This document shows, piece by piece, positions 47,776 to 60,608 of a stretch of 64,000 nucleotides of DNA. The stretch comes from Prorocentrum cordatum. Its lineage: Eukaryota. Within the stretch, counting starts at the first letter, position 1; every line of letters begins with the position of its first letter. Under the pieces are notes generated by a model. That model did not search any database, was not told where the DNA came from, and saw only the letters and a program-made list of their open reading frames with translations. The position numbers and the translations under genes were made by a program. The DNA is taken from NCBI GenBank assembly GCA_963575745.1, contig CAUYUJ010000248.1:558001-622000 (forward strand), written 5' to 3'.

Positions 47776-50700
47776 GCCTCGATGCCCTTGGCCTACCAGG
47801 GTGGAGACGGAGGATCGATCGGTGAGGATAGGACTTTGAGGTTTTCGGACGCCTTGTGGATTTTTCTGGGCAGATGTCTGGGCAGCGGGGGTGAGGAGGC
47901 CCTTTGCGCATCTGTGGCAAGATTCAGTGCAGACCATCACAGCCTGGCACGCGACCGTCACGCGGTATGACGATGCCCTCCGAGGCTGTTTTTCGTGTCC
48001 ATGTGCGTTTTTGCAGTCAGCTTCTCTCTCTCTCTCTCTCTCTCTGGTGGGCTTTTCGTCGCCATTGCCGGGTTCCCCTGGGAGCTCTGACCAGCACGCA
48101 TACGGGGACAGGTCAGGAGGAGGAGAGGGAGGACCCATACCTCCAGAGATTCGACAACCATCCAGGCTGTTGTTTTTCTCAACTCTCCTGTGTGGGTTTT
48201 CGTTTTGAACAAATCACTGTGGTCTATACTCTTTCCCACATCCTCCTCGGTCCTGCCTCCTCCTCGTCATCCTCCTGCGCCTCCTCTTTCTCCTCCTCCT
48301 CCTTCGCCTATCCCTTCCTCCTCCTCGTCACTCTGGACGGCTCGCTGGGGGAGCTGCGAAGTGCGCAGGTGGCGCCACGTGCGTGAGCTCCTTTCGAGTT
48401 CCAGCGGAGTGGAGGTCCACGCAGACCCAGCGCCGAGACTTCGAGGCGCCCTGGGGGGCTGCGAAGTGTGCGATTGCGGCCGCTTTCGTGGGCTCTTGGG
48501 AGGTCCAGCGGGGTGGAGGTCTACAGCCAAGACGCTGAAATAAGGAACAATTTGGATTCGGAAGGGGCTCGATGTTCCTTAGGTTCCTCCTTTGCTGTTC
48601 CTCTTGCCCTCCTCGGGCACGGAGGCGCTGTCAGGGCCAAAAAGGGGCTTCGTTCCTTGCATAGCGTTCCTTCTTTCAGCGGCCCGACTATACGCAGACC
48701 TGGCCAAGACCTCGCGGTTCCATGGGAGGCTGCGAATTGTGGAACGGTCGCCGCTTTTGGTGGGTTGCTGAGACGTCCAGCGGAGGAAGGTCCACGCAGA
48801 CCCAGCGGAGACGTCGCGGCTCCCTGGGAGGGTGCGAAGTGCGAAGCGATCGCCTTTTTTTCGTAGGCTTTTGGGAGGTCCCGCAGGATGTAAGGAGTAC
48901 GCAGACCCAGCGGAGACCTCCCGGCTCCCTAGGGGGCTGCGAAGCTTGAAACGGTCGCCTTTTTCGCGGGCTCCCTGGGAGGTCCAGCGGAGTGGAGGTC
49001 GACGCAGACCCAGCCGAGATTTTGCGGCTCCCTTGTTTCTTGTTGGTTCTGTTGCCGCGCCCTTACTTATGGTTGCTTCTCGTTGCTTTCGTTGCCGCGA
49101 CCTGTTGTTTCCACTTCTGGGTTTTTGTTCAGAACGCCACTTTAGGGTGCTTTTTGTTGCCCTCGCTGCCGCGGCCATATGATTTTCAGTTCTGGGTATT
49201 TTCCCTACGGTGCCCGTTTGCTTCCACGTCTGGTTGCTTCCGGTCAGTTGCATTGCCTTGGCCTTCTGTTGCCACTTTCGGGTGATTGGTGGTTCTCGTT
49301 GCTCGGGCAGCCACGCCCTTTTGTTTCCACTCTTTGAGCGTTTGTTCCCACGTCGCCGTGTTGTTTCCACTTTTGTGTGATTTTTGTTCGTTGCTCTCGC
49401 TGCTGCGCTCTTCTGAGGTTTGCTCCCGGGTGCTCCTTCGCACCGCGGGTCTTTCTACACGTTCATTCGTATTGTGCGGTCCTGCAGATAGTCACGACAT
49501 ATTCAGAATATGCTGGGTACGCCGCAGGGCAATTCCAGCTTTTCGGCCCTTGGGGGCCTCTGACGGATTCCAGGACAGTCAACAACGTCTGGCATGTGCC
49601 GCATGAGGAGGGGTTCAGAGCGGACGGGGCTAGGACGAGGATAAGTCCGTTCCAGGGTGTTCCGGAGCGCTCTCGGAGCGTTCCGGAGCGCTCTCAGAAG
49701 GCAGCGGCGCCCGCATCCTCCGGAGCCGCCGGATCTCAGCGATTCTCGATTCACCCCCACCCGATGTTATCTTCGTCCCAGTTTCGTCTTGTCAGAGGTT
49801 CGGGTGCCCGAGGTTTGAAGGCTAGAGAGTCGTCGGAAGTATGGCGTGTGGCCCCTTCGGCCCCATCCTCTTTGCTCCATGCCCTTCCGCCGCCCTCCCT
49901 CCTCTGTCCCCTTCCCCTTCCGGCTCTCTTGAGCTCCTCTCCCCTCCTCTCTCCATCTATCTGTCTTCATGTTGATTTCCCTCTCTCCCTTCCTTGGTTG
50001 TCGTGGTGGTCGTGGTGGAGGAGAAGGTGGTCGCGGCCGTTGTGGTGGGCGCCGTCGTGGTGGCCGCGTCGTCGCGGTGGTCGTGGTGGTGGTCGCCGTG
50101 GTGGTCGCACGGGTCTTGGTGGAGGCCGTGTTCCGGGTCTTCGCACGAGTGGTGGTGGTGGCCGCATCGGAGGTGGCAGCGGTCGTGGTGGAGGCGGTTG
50201 TCGTGCTGGCAGTGGGGAGCTGCTTGGCTCTTCACGTCGCACGAAGCAGCACATCCACGTCTCTGGAAGCCGAGCAGCGCTGGACCTTCCCCTCCCCAAT
50301 GTCTCTCTCTCTCTCTCTCACTTCTGCCCTCTTCTCCTCCTCATCTTCCCAGTGGGCCCCGATTTGCGCATCGTGAATTTGAGGCAGATGAGTGAACAAG
50401 GGATGGGGTGGGGGCGAGGGATGTAGGGGAGGAAGGTAGGATGATGATCAGGAGGAGTTGTACGCTCGATGCATTCTGGTCTATGCCGCCCCAGTGTCCA
50501 ATACGGTTGGGGTGGATACGTGGTGCTTGGGTGCGCATCTCTGCGTCCGAGAGCGTCTCGACGGTTTGCGGCGCGGAGTTGTTCGGTGTTGGGTTCAGCC
50601 TCTTTTGCGTGGAACCTGTGGGCGACCGCCCTAGTTGCACCAATCGGCGCCCACGAGGAGGAGGAGGAGGAGGAGGAAGAGGAGGAGGAGGAGGAGGAGA

Positions 50701-50887
50701 AGGGAGGAGGAGGAGGAGGAAGAGGAGGAGGAGGTGGCCCAGGATAGCTCTGGCCAGGTGTGGCCCCGTGCGGCTTCGGCTGGCCGTGGCATGGCCGCCC
50801 ACGATGCGATTCGATGCTGCGCGATTCGCCGGCCGGGCCTGCGACTCCGCTCCTTTACGATTCAGGCGCCTCGGCAGTGGGGATCAA

Positions 50888-51084
50888 TCGGGCCGGGCGA
50901 AAGGGGGGGATTGGGGAAGGGGGGGGTACGAAATTTGCTGCATGCAGCTGGTTTCGGCCCCACCGAGGGGCCCCATTCCTCGATATATGGGCGCCTCCCG
51001 GCGCTGGGAGGCGCCGGGAAAATCAGCTACGTGAGCTGATTCTCAAACCCCCCCTTTGCTATCCCCCCCTTTCGCCCGACCCGA
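50888..51084 (+). mobile_element. MITE family H, 5-bp TSD ATCAA
   Basis: Near-identical to 26494-26686. Confidence 0.9.
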
Positions 51085-52536
51085 ATCAATGCGAACGGGG
51101 GTCAGCCAAAGCGCCGGATCTTGCGGGGTCCTGCGGGGCCAGGGGTGCATTGACCCGGGCAGGCGTGCAGGAGCCTGCAGACTCCTCCTGGATCTCGTAG
51201 GATCTAAGCTAGGGCCGACTGACCCGTGTTTGGATTGACCCGGGTCAGCATATCCCCGAACTATTTCGCGATTCGATGCAGTTCGAGCCTGCCTGGCTAC
51301 GGTCGGGTGTTTTTTGGATACGGTCGGGCTTACCTTGCTCGGCGCGGCACGCTGTCCACCTCCCAGTCCCTAGGCCTCCACGTCCCGAGTATTTCCCAGC
51401 CTCCCGCCCCGCGGAGCGGAGCGGAGCGACACGCCATCCGTCTGCAGGGCACGGCATGGCGTGCCGCCGGGACCGCCGCGGCGACACGGTGAGCAGCAGC
51501 TCCGGCCGTTGCTCCCCAGACATGCGACGTCCCGATTTTTTGTGGAGGACGGTGTCCCTAAGATGTCCCGACCCCTTCCCCGAGACCAGTTGTTCGTCCC
51601 GAGTCCTTCTTGGACGCTCCCGCGAGGCCCGGCGAGGGCCCCCGCGAGGCCGAACAAGGCCCAAACACCTCCCGCCCCGATTTCCGTGACGCCGCGAGCG
51701 CGTCTGGGCCAGGAGGGCCTCGGCTCTCGGCGCTGCGTGGCCTCGAGAGCACGGCGTCGGCCCGGCGAGGGCCCCCGCGAGGCCGAACAAAAGGTCAAAA
51801 GCCTCCCGCCCCGATTTTCGTGACGCCGCGAGCGCGACTGGGCCAGGAGGGCCTCGGCTCTCGGCGCTACGCGGCCTCGAGAGCACGGCGTGGGCGGCCG
51901 GGCCGCCCGCGGGCCCCATGGGGCTGCCCGGGCCGCCGGCGGGGCCTCCGCGGGGCCTCCTCCTCCTCCCCCTCCTCCTCCTCCCTCCTCCTCCTCTTCC
52001 TCCTCCTCCTCCTCCCTCCTCCCCTTCTCCTCCTCCTCCTCCTCCTCCTCCTCCCTTCTCCTTCTCCTTCTCCTCCCTCCTCCTCCTCCCTTCTCCTCCC
52101 TCCTCCTCTTCCTCCCTCCTCCTCCTCCTCCTCCTCCTCCTCCTCCTCCTCCTCCTCCTCCTCCTCCCTTCTCCTCCTCTTCCTCTTCCGCCTCGGCGGG
52201 GCGCATGCAGTGGCCTCTGGGGGGCCGCTCGGGCTGTCTTCGTGGAGCGCTCCCTGGCCCGTGTGACGCCGTCGGAAGCCGTCTTGGGGGGCCACGCTGG
52301 GCCGGCTCTCTGGGTGCCCAGACACGCTCGCGTCGTGACAAGCATCAGGGCGGGAGGTTTTTGGCCAATTTCGGACTCGGGGGGGCCTCGCCGGGCCTCG
52401 GGACCGTCAACAAAACGACTCAGGATGAAACACCGGTCCCGGGGAAAGGGTTGGGACTTCCAGGGGCCCCGTATTTAAATTATCCTGGCGAAGGACCCAA
52501 CCAGATGCAGTTGCGAGTACCGCAATTGTGGGTATC

Positions 52537-53691
52537 TTATGGGGCCACGAAACGTGTGAGGGGTGTGCCGAAATTTGTGCGGTGGGCGCACGGGAGCGCA
52601 GCCACTGGGGCCTTCGCTGGAGCTCCCCATGGGACCACGAAACGTGTGGTGGGTGTGCCGAAATGGGTGCGGTGGGCGCATGGGAGCGCAGCCACTGGGG
52701 CCTTCGGTGAAGCTCCCTATGGGGCCACGAAACGTGTGAGGGGTGTGCAGAAATGGGTGCGGTGGGCGCATGGGAGCGCAGCCACTGGGGCCTTCGCTGG
52801 AGCTCCCTATGGGGCCACGAAACGTGTGAGGGGTGTGCCGAAATGGGTGCGGTGGGCGCATGGGAGCGCAGCCACTGGGCCCTTCGCTGGAGCTCCCTAT
52901 GGGGCCACGAAACGTGTGAGGGGTGTGCCAAATGGTGTGGGCCATTGGGGCCTTCGGTGGAGCTCCCTATGGGGCCACGAAACGTGTGAGGGGTGTGCCG
53001 AAATGGGTGTGGGGACGCATGCGGGCGCACCCTGGGGCCTTCGGTGGAGCTCCCTATGGGGCCACGAAACGTGTGAGGGGTGTGCCGAAATGGGTGTGCG
53101 GGACGCATGCGGACGGCAGCCATGGGGCCTTCGGTGGAGCTCCCTATGGGGCCACGAAACGTGTGAGGGGTGTGCCGAAATGGGTGTGCGGGACGCATGC
53201 GGACGGCAGCACTGGGGCCTTCGGTGGAGCTCCCTGTGGGGCCACGAAACGTGTGATGGGGTGTGCCGAAATGGGTGTGCGGGACGCATGCGGACGGCAG
53301 CCATGGGGCCTTCGGTGGAGCTCCCTATGGGGCCACGAAACGTGTGAGGGGTGTGCCGAAATGGGTGTGGGCGCATGGGAGCGCAGCCACTGGGGCCTTC
53401 GGTGGAGCTCCCTATGGGGCCACGAACGTATGAGGGGTGTGCCGAAATGGGTGCGGGGGCGCATGGAGCGCAGCCACTGGGGCCTTCGCTGGAGCTCCCT
53501 ATGGGGCCACGAAGCGTGTGAGGGGTGTGCCGAAATGCGGGGGCGCATGGGAGCGCAGCCACTGGGGCCTTCGCTGGAGCTCCCTATGGGGCCACGAAAC
53601 GTGTGAGGGGTGTGCCGAAATCTGTGCGGTGGGCGCATGGGAGCGCAGCCACTGGGGCCTTCGCTGGAGCTCCCTATGATCGTCATGATGG

Positions 53692-53759
<68 letters not shown>
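52537..53759 (+). repeat. 90-bp tandem satellite (~13 units) ending in (GAT)n
   Basis: GGG(G/A)CCACGAAACGTGTG at 52541, 52631, 52721, 52811, 52901...; (GAT)n 53683-53759. Confidence 0.97.
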
Positions 53760-55223
53760 CAGGAGGGAGGGGGCAGCGGGAGGAGGAGGAGTGAACGCGG
53801 GGCGCTGTCTCTTCAAAACGAGGACCCAACACCACAGGATGGTTGGGAAAAACATCAGGACGTCGCATGTCTGGGTCTCCTTGGGGCGTTTCATGGCTGT
53901 GCGTCTTGGATGTCTCTGCGGCCGCCCTGGGAGGCCCTGTTGGGGCCCTCTTGGGGTCGTCTTGGGGGCCTCTTGGGCCGTCGGGCATCTCGGGGTGTTG
54001 GGCTTTGAGAGAATTGCCCCCCCAGACAAGTCGACAGGACTTCTGCGCGGCTTCAGTCGACGTCGGCGTTCGAGTGTGCCGGTGCAGTGCTTCGCCGGTC
54101 GGCGTGCGTTTGGTCGGATACGTTCGGTGGTGTGTTTCGACGCCGAGTGGCTATCCCGCCCGCGTGCACTCGCACGTGGAGTGCCCTCCTCCTCCTCCTC
54201 CTCCCCCTCCCCCTCCTCCTCCTTCTCCTTCTCCTCCTCCTCCTCCTCCTCCTCCTCCTCCTCCTCCTTGGAACGGCGATTTGCGAGAGGGGGTTGGGTT
54301 GTGTCCACCCCCGGAGGTATTCTGGGGCAGGCCTGGGCAACCACGCATCGGGCCCGAGCATCGTTGAAAGCAGGTATTTCTAGAGCGCAAGCAAACCTGC
54401 CTCGCTTTTGACCGCCCTCGCGTCCAAGAGATACTAAGCGACGCCAAACTACGGCCTGCGCTGGTCAGGCCGCTTGACGAGGAGGCGCTTGGTATGACTT
54501 GGTTTCGCCTGGAAGCGAAAGCGGGGTAGGTAATTCACGCTCTGAATTTCAGAATTCCCAGATCACAATTTACGTCAGGCACCTTCCTACTTCAAACATC
54601 GATGTGCTTCTGGTGTGTTTCGTAGTTCTCTGGGTGGGCCTGGACCCAAATCTACATCCTCCGCCTTCCAACTTCATGTTTGTAAGTACTGGTTCCGACC
54701 GACGTGTACACTGCACACCAGGATTTCCAAAATTCTTCACGCTTCGCGTGACCCCACCAGCCCATCCAGCAACGATGCCCAGACGAGTAGCTTTGATGAG
54801 GGAAGTGGGGGAGCATGCAGAGGAACAAAGGGCCGGGGAAACCGTCACACCCCAAGAGGGCGAGGAGGAGGAGGAGGAGTAGTAGTAGGTTTTTGTAGGA
54901 TGGAGGATGCCTCTAAGAATGGCCGTGATCATCTTGACAGGTCCTTCGGGGGAGTGGGGCGCTGTCCCCCAGGGGCAACCCGTGGGGCTGGGAGGCATGC
55001 TCGAACTAATCTGATTCCAAGCTTCGAGAGGAGGATGAGGAGGAGGAGGAGGAAGATGAGGAGGAGGAGGAGGAGGAGGCGGAGGAGTAGGAGGAGGAGG
55101 CGCGTCGCACACTCCATCTGGGAACTCGTGCAACCGACTGAGCAGCGACGAAGGTTCAGCGGGACACGGCTAGCTGGCGCCTCGGCGTCGACGAGGGGCA
55201 AGCAGCAGCCGAGGCTCGTCCGC

Positions 55224-55443
55224 AGGACCCCGCGACCCGGCACTCGGCCGTGGCAGTCGTTCTTCTGACACGCCCGCCGGTGCTCTGGCCCAAGCCGTGT
55301 CAGCCGCCTCCCGCCCTTCAGCGCTGCGGCTGAGGCCGTCGGCAGGACCCCGCGACTCGGCACTCGGCCGTGGCAGTCGTTCTTCTGGCGCGCCCGCAGG
55401 TGCTCAGGTGCTCTGGCCCAAGCCGTGTCAGCCGCCTCCAGCC
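55224..55443 (+). repeat. ~120-bp tandem duplication upstream of psbF
   Basis: CAGGACCCCGCGAC.CGGCACTCGGCCGTGGCAGTCGTTCTTCTG...CTCTGGCCCAAGCCGTGTCAGCCGCCTCC occurs twice. Confidence 0.85.
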
Positions 55444-55606
55444 TTAAGGCGGGCGTGTCCCTCGACAGGGAGGATATTCAGAAATAGTCAAAAAATAATA
55501 TGGGGACGTTTTTTTTCAATCTGTTGTTCAGCATTCGGGGGGCATGTTTTGAATATTGATGATTTTTCGCCCAAGGCCCCCCAGTAGGCGGACACGCCCG
55601 ACTTAA
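55444..55606. mobile_element. MITE family A copy 35 nt upstream of the psbF ATG
   Basis: Perfect TSD CTCCAGCC. Confidence 0.92.
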
Positions 55607-55641
55607 CTCCAGCCTTTTGCAGCGCTGCAGCCCCCGGCGCC

Positions 55642-56131
55642 ATGGTGTTCGCCCGCCTCGCCGCCCTGCTCGCGCTCGCCGGCGGCGCGTGCGCCTTCGT
55701 GCCCGGGGCCGTGAGCGACCCCGCGGCCCGGGCGGCGGCGCCCGCGGCCGCCGACGGCGCGGGCCGCCCCGGGCCCTCCGCCGAGCCCGCCCCGGTGGGC
55801 GCCTGCGTGCTGGCTGGGCTCGGCCTCGGGTCCTCCTCCTCCTCCTCCTCCTCCTCCTCCTCCTCCTCCTCCTCCTCCTCCTCCTCCCCCTCCTCCTCCT
55901 CCTCCTCCTCCTCCTCCTCCTCCTCCTCCTCCTCCTCCTCCTCCCCCTCCTTCTCCTCCTCCTCCTCCTCCTCCTCCTCCTCCTCCTCCTCCTCCTCCTC
56001 CTCCTCCCTCTCCTCCTCCTCCTCCTCCTCCTCCTCCTCCTCCTCCTCCTCCTCCTCCTCCTCCTCCTCCTCTCCTCCTTCTCCTCCTCCTCCTCCCCCC
56101 TCCTCTCCTCCTCCTCCTCCTCCTCCTCCTC

Positions 56132-56162
<31 letters not shown>

Positions 56163-56497
56163 TCCTCCTCCTCCTCCTCCTCCTCCTCCTCCTCCTCCTC
56201 CTCCTTCCTCCTCCTCCTCCTCCTCGCTCCTCCTCCTCCTCCTCCTCCTCCTCCCCTCCTCCTCCTCCTCCTCCACCTCCTCCTCCTCCTCTCCTCCTCC
56301 TCCTCCCGCCTCCCCCTCCTCCTCCTCCCTCCTCCTCCTCCTCCGCCTCCTCCTCCTCCTCCTCCCCTCCTCCTCCTCCTCCTCCTCCTCCTCCTCCTCC
56401 TCCTCCTCCTCCTCCTTCCCCCCCTCCTCCTCCTCCTCCTCCTCCTCCTCCTCCTCTCCTCCTCCTTCCTCCTCCTCCTCCTCCCCTCCTCCTCCTC

Positions 56498-56528
<31 letters not shown>

Positions 56529-58031
56529 TTCCTCCCTCCTCCCCCCCCTCCTCCTCCTCCTCCTCCTCCTCCTCCTCCTCCTCCTCCTCCTCCTCCTCCT
56601 CCTCCTCCTCCTCCTCCTCCTCCTCCTCCTCCTCCTCCTCCTCCCTCTCCCCTCCTCCTCCTCCTCCTCCTCCTCCTCCTCCTCCTCCTCCTCCTCCTCA
56701 TCCTCCTCCTCCTCCTCCTCCTCCCCCTCCTCCTCCTCCTCCCCCCCCTCCTCCTGCTCCTCGTCCTCCTCCCTCCTCCTCTTCCTCTTCCTCTTCCTCC
56801 TTCTCCTCCTTCTCCTTCTTCTCCTCCTCCTCCTCTTCCTCCTCCTCCTCCTCCCCCTCCTCTTCCTCCTCCTTCTCCGACGACGACGCACAAAAAAGCA
56901 TGATATGTTTATATTCTAGGCCTCGCAGATGGCATCGGAGTAGGTCGGGTCGGAGGATCGCGCCGCATCGCCGAGGCATCGCCGGTGCGGCGCGGTTTGC
57001 AGCCCGATGTGCTTCACGTCGACGTCGCCGATGCATCGCAGACGTCGACGGTGCAGCGCCGATGCATCGCCGGACGCCATCTGGGAGGCCTCTATAGGTA
57101 CGCTGCCGCCGTGGCCGGCAGGGCCAGGACCCCTCGAGGGCAAGAGAACCCCTGATCCCCACATTGAGTCGGGCCTGTCCCTCTACAGGAGGAAGATTTT
57201 CGAAAATAGGAAAGAACCGTCTGGGGACGATCTTTTTATGATTTTTGACTCCCTTGGAGTTTTTTGGGGACTGGTTTCATGTTTCCTTCAAAATCCGCCT
57301 GTAGGGGGGCACACCCGACCTAACCCTGACAGCGAACATGCCAAGAAGCGCCCGGCTTGCCTCCAGGGTGCCCTGGGGTTTCTTGGGTGTCGATGGCTTT
57401 GCGATGAGGAGCGTAACGTTCCAACACCAAGAATCAATGGAGATCCTGGTGTCTCATGGTTGTGTTTCTGGTGGAAGGTTTCTTGTGGTCGAGCTCCTAC
57501 TGTGACGACGTGGCCTCGCTCAGGTCCCCGTCTTTGCACTCGGGCTAGTAATAATTCTGGGCGGTTTGGTTCGGCACATCTGCAGAGAAAAAGACCCCCT
57601 ATCTCTGAAGATGTTCTTGGCCCTCTTACAACTTGGGCCCCCTCTCAAGAGGGCAGGGCTCCTTTTATATCGCCGATCCAGGACGGCCCGCCGGGCGGAG
57701 CCGAAGCCGCAGATCGCGGCGGCGCGGACCCCCGTGGCCTACCCCATCTTCACCTTCCGCTGGCTGGCGGTGCACATGCTGGCGGTGCCGGGAGGGGCTC
57801 TCGATGTGTGCGCCGTGTCGTCTGGTCGGCTGGGGATCCGAGGCGTCCGGCGAAGGATCTCAGCGTCCCGCGGTTCGGAGAATGGGGACGCTAACGAATC
57901 TGCGCATTTGTAGATACACCGAGCTCCTCGGTCGATGAGACGAAGTGGTGTCTTTACATCGAGCCCCATCCCAGGTGCCGACCGTCTTCTTCCTCGGGGC
58001 CATCAGCTCCATGCAGTTCATTCAGCGCTGA
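55642..58031 (+). CDS. psbF: Nuclear-encoded cytochrome b559 beta subunit precursor (PsbF, 125 aa); exons 55642-55829, 57098-57127, 57682-57784, 57975-58031
   Basis: Spliced product MVFARLAALLALAGGACAFVPG...[102 protein letters not shown] is PsbF. Introns GT-AG, GA-AG, GT-AG, with consistent phases. Confidence 0.95.
55831..56876 (+). repeat. ~1.05-kb (TCC)n tract in psbF intron 1
   Basis: Direct reading. Confidence 0.97.
57164..57323. mobile_element. MITE family A copy in psbF intron 2
   Basis: TTGAGTCGGGCCTGTCC...GGCACACCCGACCTAA. Confidence 0.85.
57791..57973. mobile_element. TIR element forming psbF intron 3 (57785-57974), direct repeat GGTGCCG
   Basis: GGAGGGGCTCTCGATGT...ACATCGAGCCCCATCC inverted ends; GGTGCCG on both sides. 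Confidence 0.75.
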
Positions 58032-58544
58032 GCTGCCGCTCCCGGGGGGGGCTGCGCTCGGCTGCGGCCTGCCAGTGGCGTCGGCGGGACGGCATGCGTG
58101 GTGGAGCATCGCCGCGCACTGCCCACAAAGAGCATTTCTTCGGCACGGCGCGTTTCTTGCGCTGAGGTGGCCGCTGACGGTTGCCTTGATTTTCGATCGG
58201 GGGTTTTGCACCTGCACTCGGCAGCAGTCTGACGTCGGGCTGCTTAGTTTGGCAGCCGAGTCTGTGGATTGGGCAGCGAGCCTTGGCAGTCTAGGTTGCC
58301 ACCTGGGTGGCCTCTCGTTTGACAGCAAGACTTCCGCCGAACAGTAGTTGCCCCTCGTGCGCTTTGCTCCCCGAGCGGGGTGACGAAAACACCGCCAGTA
58401 TGCCGCTGTGCGTGTTCGTGTGATGTGTGTTTGTGTGTGCATGCGTGCTTCACAGCACATCCGTTTCTTGTGGCGTGGCCCGCTCTAGATGCACCCGCGG
58501 CTGCCATCTCGTCGCTGCGTCGGATGACAAGTGCACGTGCAGGT

Positions 58545-59745
58545 GCATGTGTGTGTGTGCGTGTGTGTGTGTTTGTGTGTGTGCGAGCGTGTGTGTGTGT
58601 GTGTGCTTGTGTGTGTGCGTGTGCGTGTGTGTGTGTGAGTGTGTGTGTGTGTGTGCGTGTGTGTGTGCGTGTGTGCGTGTGTGCGTGTGTGTGTGTGTGT
58701 CTGTGTCTGTGTGTGGGTGTGCGTGTGTTCGGCCGTGTCCTCCCTCCCTCACCCGCCGCTGCTCGCTGCGTCCGCCCCAGCCGCACCGGCCGCCCACATA
58801 ATCGGACCCGCTGTTCCCCAAACGCTGAGACCATCGCGTCGCGGAGCGATCGCCCGCCGAGCAAAAAAGTGTGTGTGTGTGTGTGCGCGTGTGTGTGTGC
58901 GCGCGCGTGTGTGTGTGTGTGTGTGTGACAGTGTGTGTGTGTGTGTGTGACAATGTGTGAGTAAATGTGTGTGTGTGCCTGTGTGTGTGTGGGGGTCGTT
59001 TGGGTGTGCTTCTGCGTGCGCCCTGTCGCTGCGCGCGGGGCCGCGACGCCAAACAAGTGTTTGTGTGTGTGCGTGCCTGCCGTGACTGGGCCTTTTTCAT
59101 AATGGCGCGTCCGACTACGCTCGGTCGCAATTGGCACCTCCACCTGCCGACCGCGCCTGAGGTTCCTCTGCGACGACGACTTGAAATAATGAGTACGTGG
59201 TTGGCGGCTGCCCCCGCAGTTCTCGATCTGTCTCGCGCCGGCCAGCTCTTTCGCGCGAGTTGTGGGAGTCCACTCGGCTGGTTGGCGTCTCTGCTGTTTT
59301 GCCTCACGAAGTGATCGGAGACTGCATTCGGCCTGTGCGTGTCCGCCGGACCTGCTCTCCCCGAATTGGTGTCATTGGCGCGTCGGGGAAACAAGTGAGT
59401 GCGCGTGTGTGTGTATGCGTGTGGACCACAAATCTGCACAGCCGTGGCTGGATTCTTTCACCGCGGCGCGTTCGACCACATCCGTTCGCAATTGGCACTT
59501 TTTGTCTGCTGGCCGCGCCTGAGGTTTCTCTACGCCGCCGATTTTTTTAATATAAAAAAGTGTCTGTGTGTGTGTGTGCGTGCGTGTGTGTGTGTGCGTT
59601 TATGTGTGTGCGTGTGTCTGTGTCTGTGTCTGTGTCTGTGTCTGTGTGTGTGCGTGTCTGTGTGTTCTTGTGTCTCTGTTTATCTATGTCCCTGTGACCC
59701 TGTGTCTCTGTGTCTCTGAGTCTCTGTCTGTGTGTGCGTGTGTGT
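58545..59745 (+). repeat. (GT)n microsatellite blocks (others at 14835-15000, 19535-19650, 25170-25335, 60540-60598)
   Basis: Direct reading. Confidence 0.9.
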
Positions 59746-60608
59746 TTGGTCCGTTGGCCATCTGCCTTCCACTCCTCGCGCACCCGCCTCGCGCAGCGGC
59801 TCCTGCGCGACCCGCCCAGCGCAGCCCCCCCTCTGCCACGCCAGGCTGAGCCGACGCCGAGCGCGCCCCGCCGCAGCCGCCGCTGCAGTGCGGCCACTCG
59901 GCCGCGGAAGGACACGCGTGTTCGGCCACTGCGAGCGCTGCCCGCCTGCCACGGGGCCGCGGACGAGCGACGTGCGGCACAGAGGCCGACGCGAGCCTCC
60001 GCGCGCCGCGCGGCGCTCCTCCAGGGCCACCGGCCGCCCTTGCGGGGGCACGTGCGGCCAGAGCACGCACCAGCCGCCGCGCCCCCCGGGCACACTGGAG
60101 GTAGCCCCGCGCTCGGTGGGCCCTGGAAACGACAGGGCCGTCTTTTATACCGGTTCCGGTTCCGTCGCCGTCTTTTTTTTATTTTTTCCGTTTCTGGTTC
60201 CGGCTCCAATCGCGGAACCGTTATTTTGCCGTTTCCGGTAACCGTGTTTTTTGTTGTTTATCTTGCTTCCGTTGTCCAGTAACAGTTTCTCGAAAACGGT
60301 GGAACAACGGCCCTGCCGTTTCCGGGGCCCAATAAGGCCCAGGGGGCACTCAACACCGCCCAGGGAATTGGGACCAAGTAAGGTGTGCGGCGTCAGGTGG
60401 ACGGGGTCTTCCAGCATCGCTCGCGCAACATGGCCCCGCAAAGTGAGGCATCACACGATTGCTGGTGGCAGCTCTCATCTGAAACTCGACATCGGAACGG
60501 ATGGAGAGGAACTCGTTCAAATCGTGGGGAGTCGTGCTTGTGTGTACGTGTGTGTGTGTGTGTGTGTGTGCGTGTGTGTGTGTGGGTGTGCGCGTGTGCT
60601 TCGGATTT

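Noticed and set aside
55404..55422. SL relic upstream of psbF (GTGCTCTGGCCCAAG); also CACCTTTTGGCTCTAAG at 13061
   Set aside because: Too degenerate, and the 13061 match overlaps a family A MITE end.
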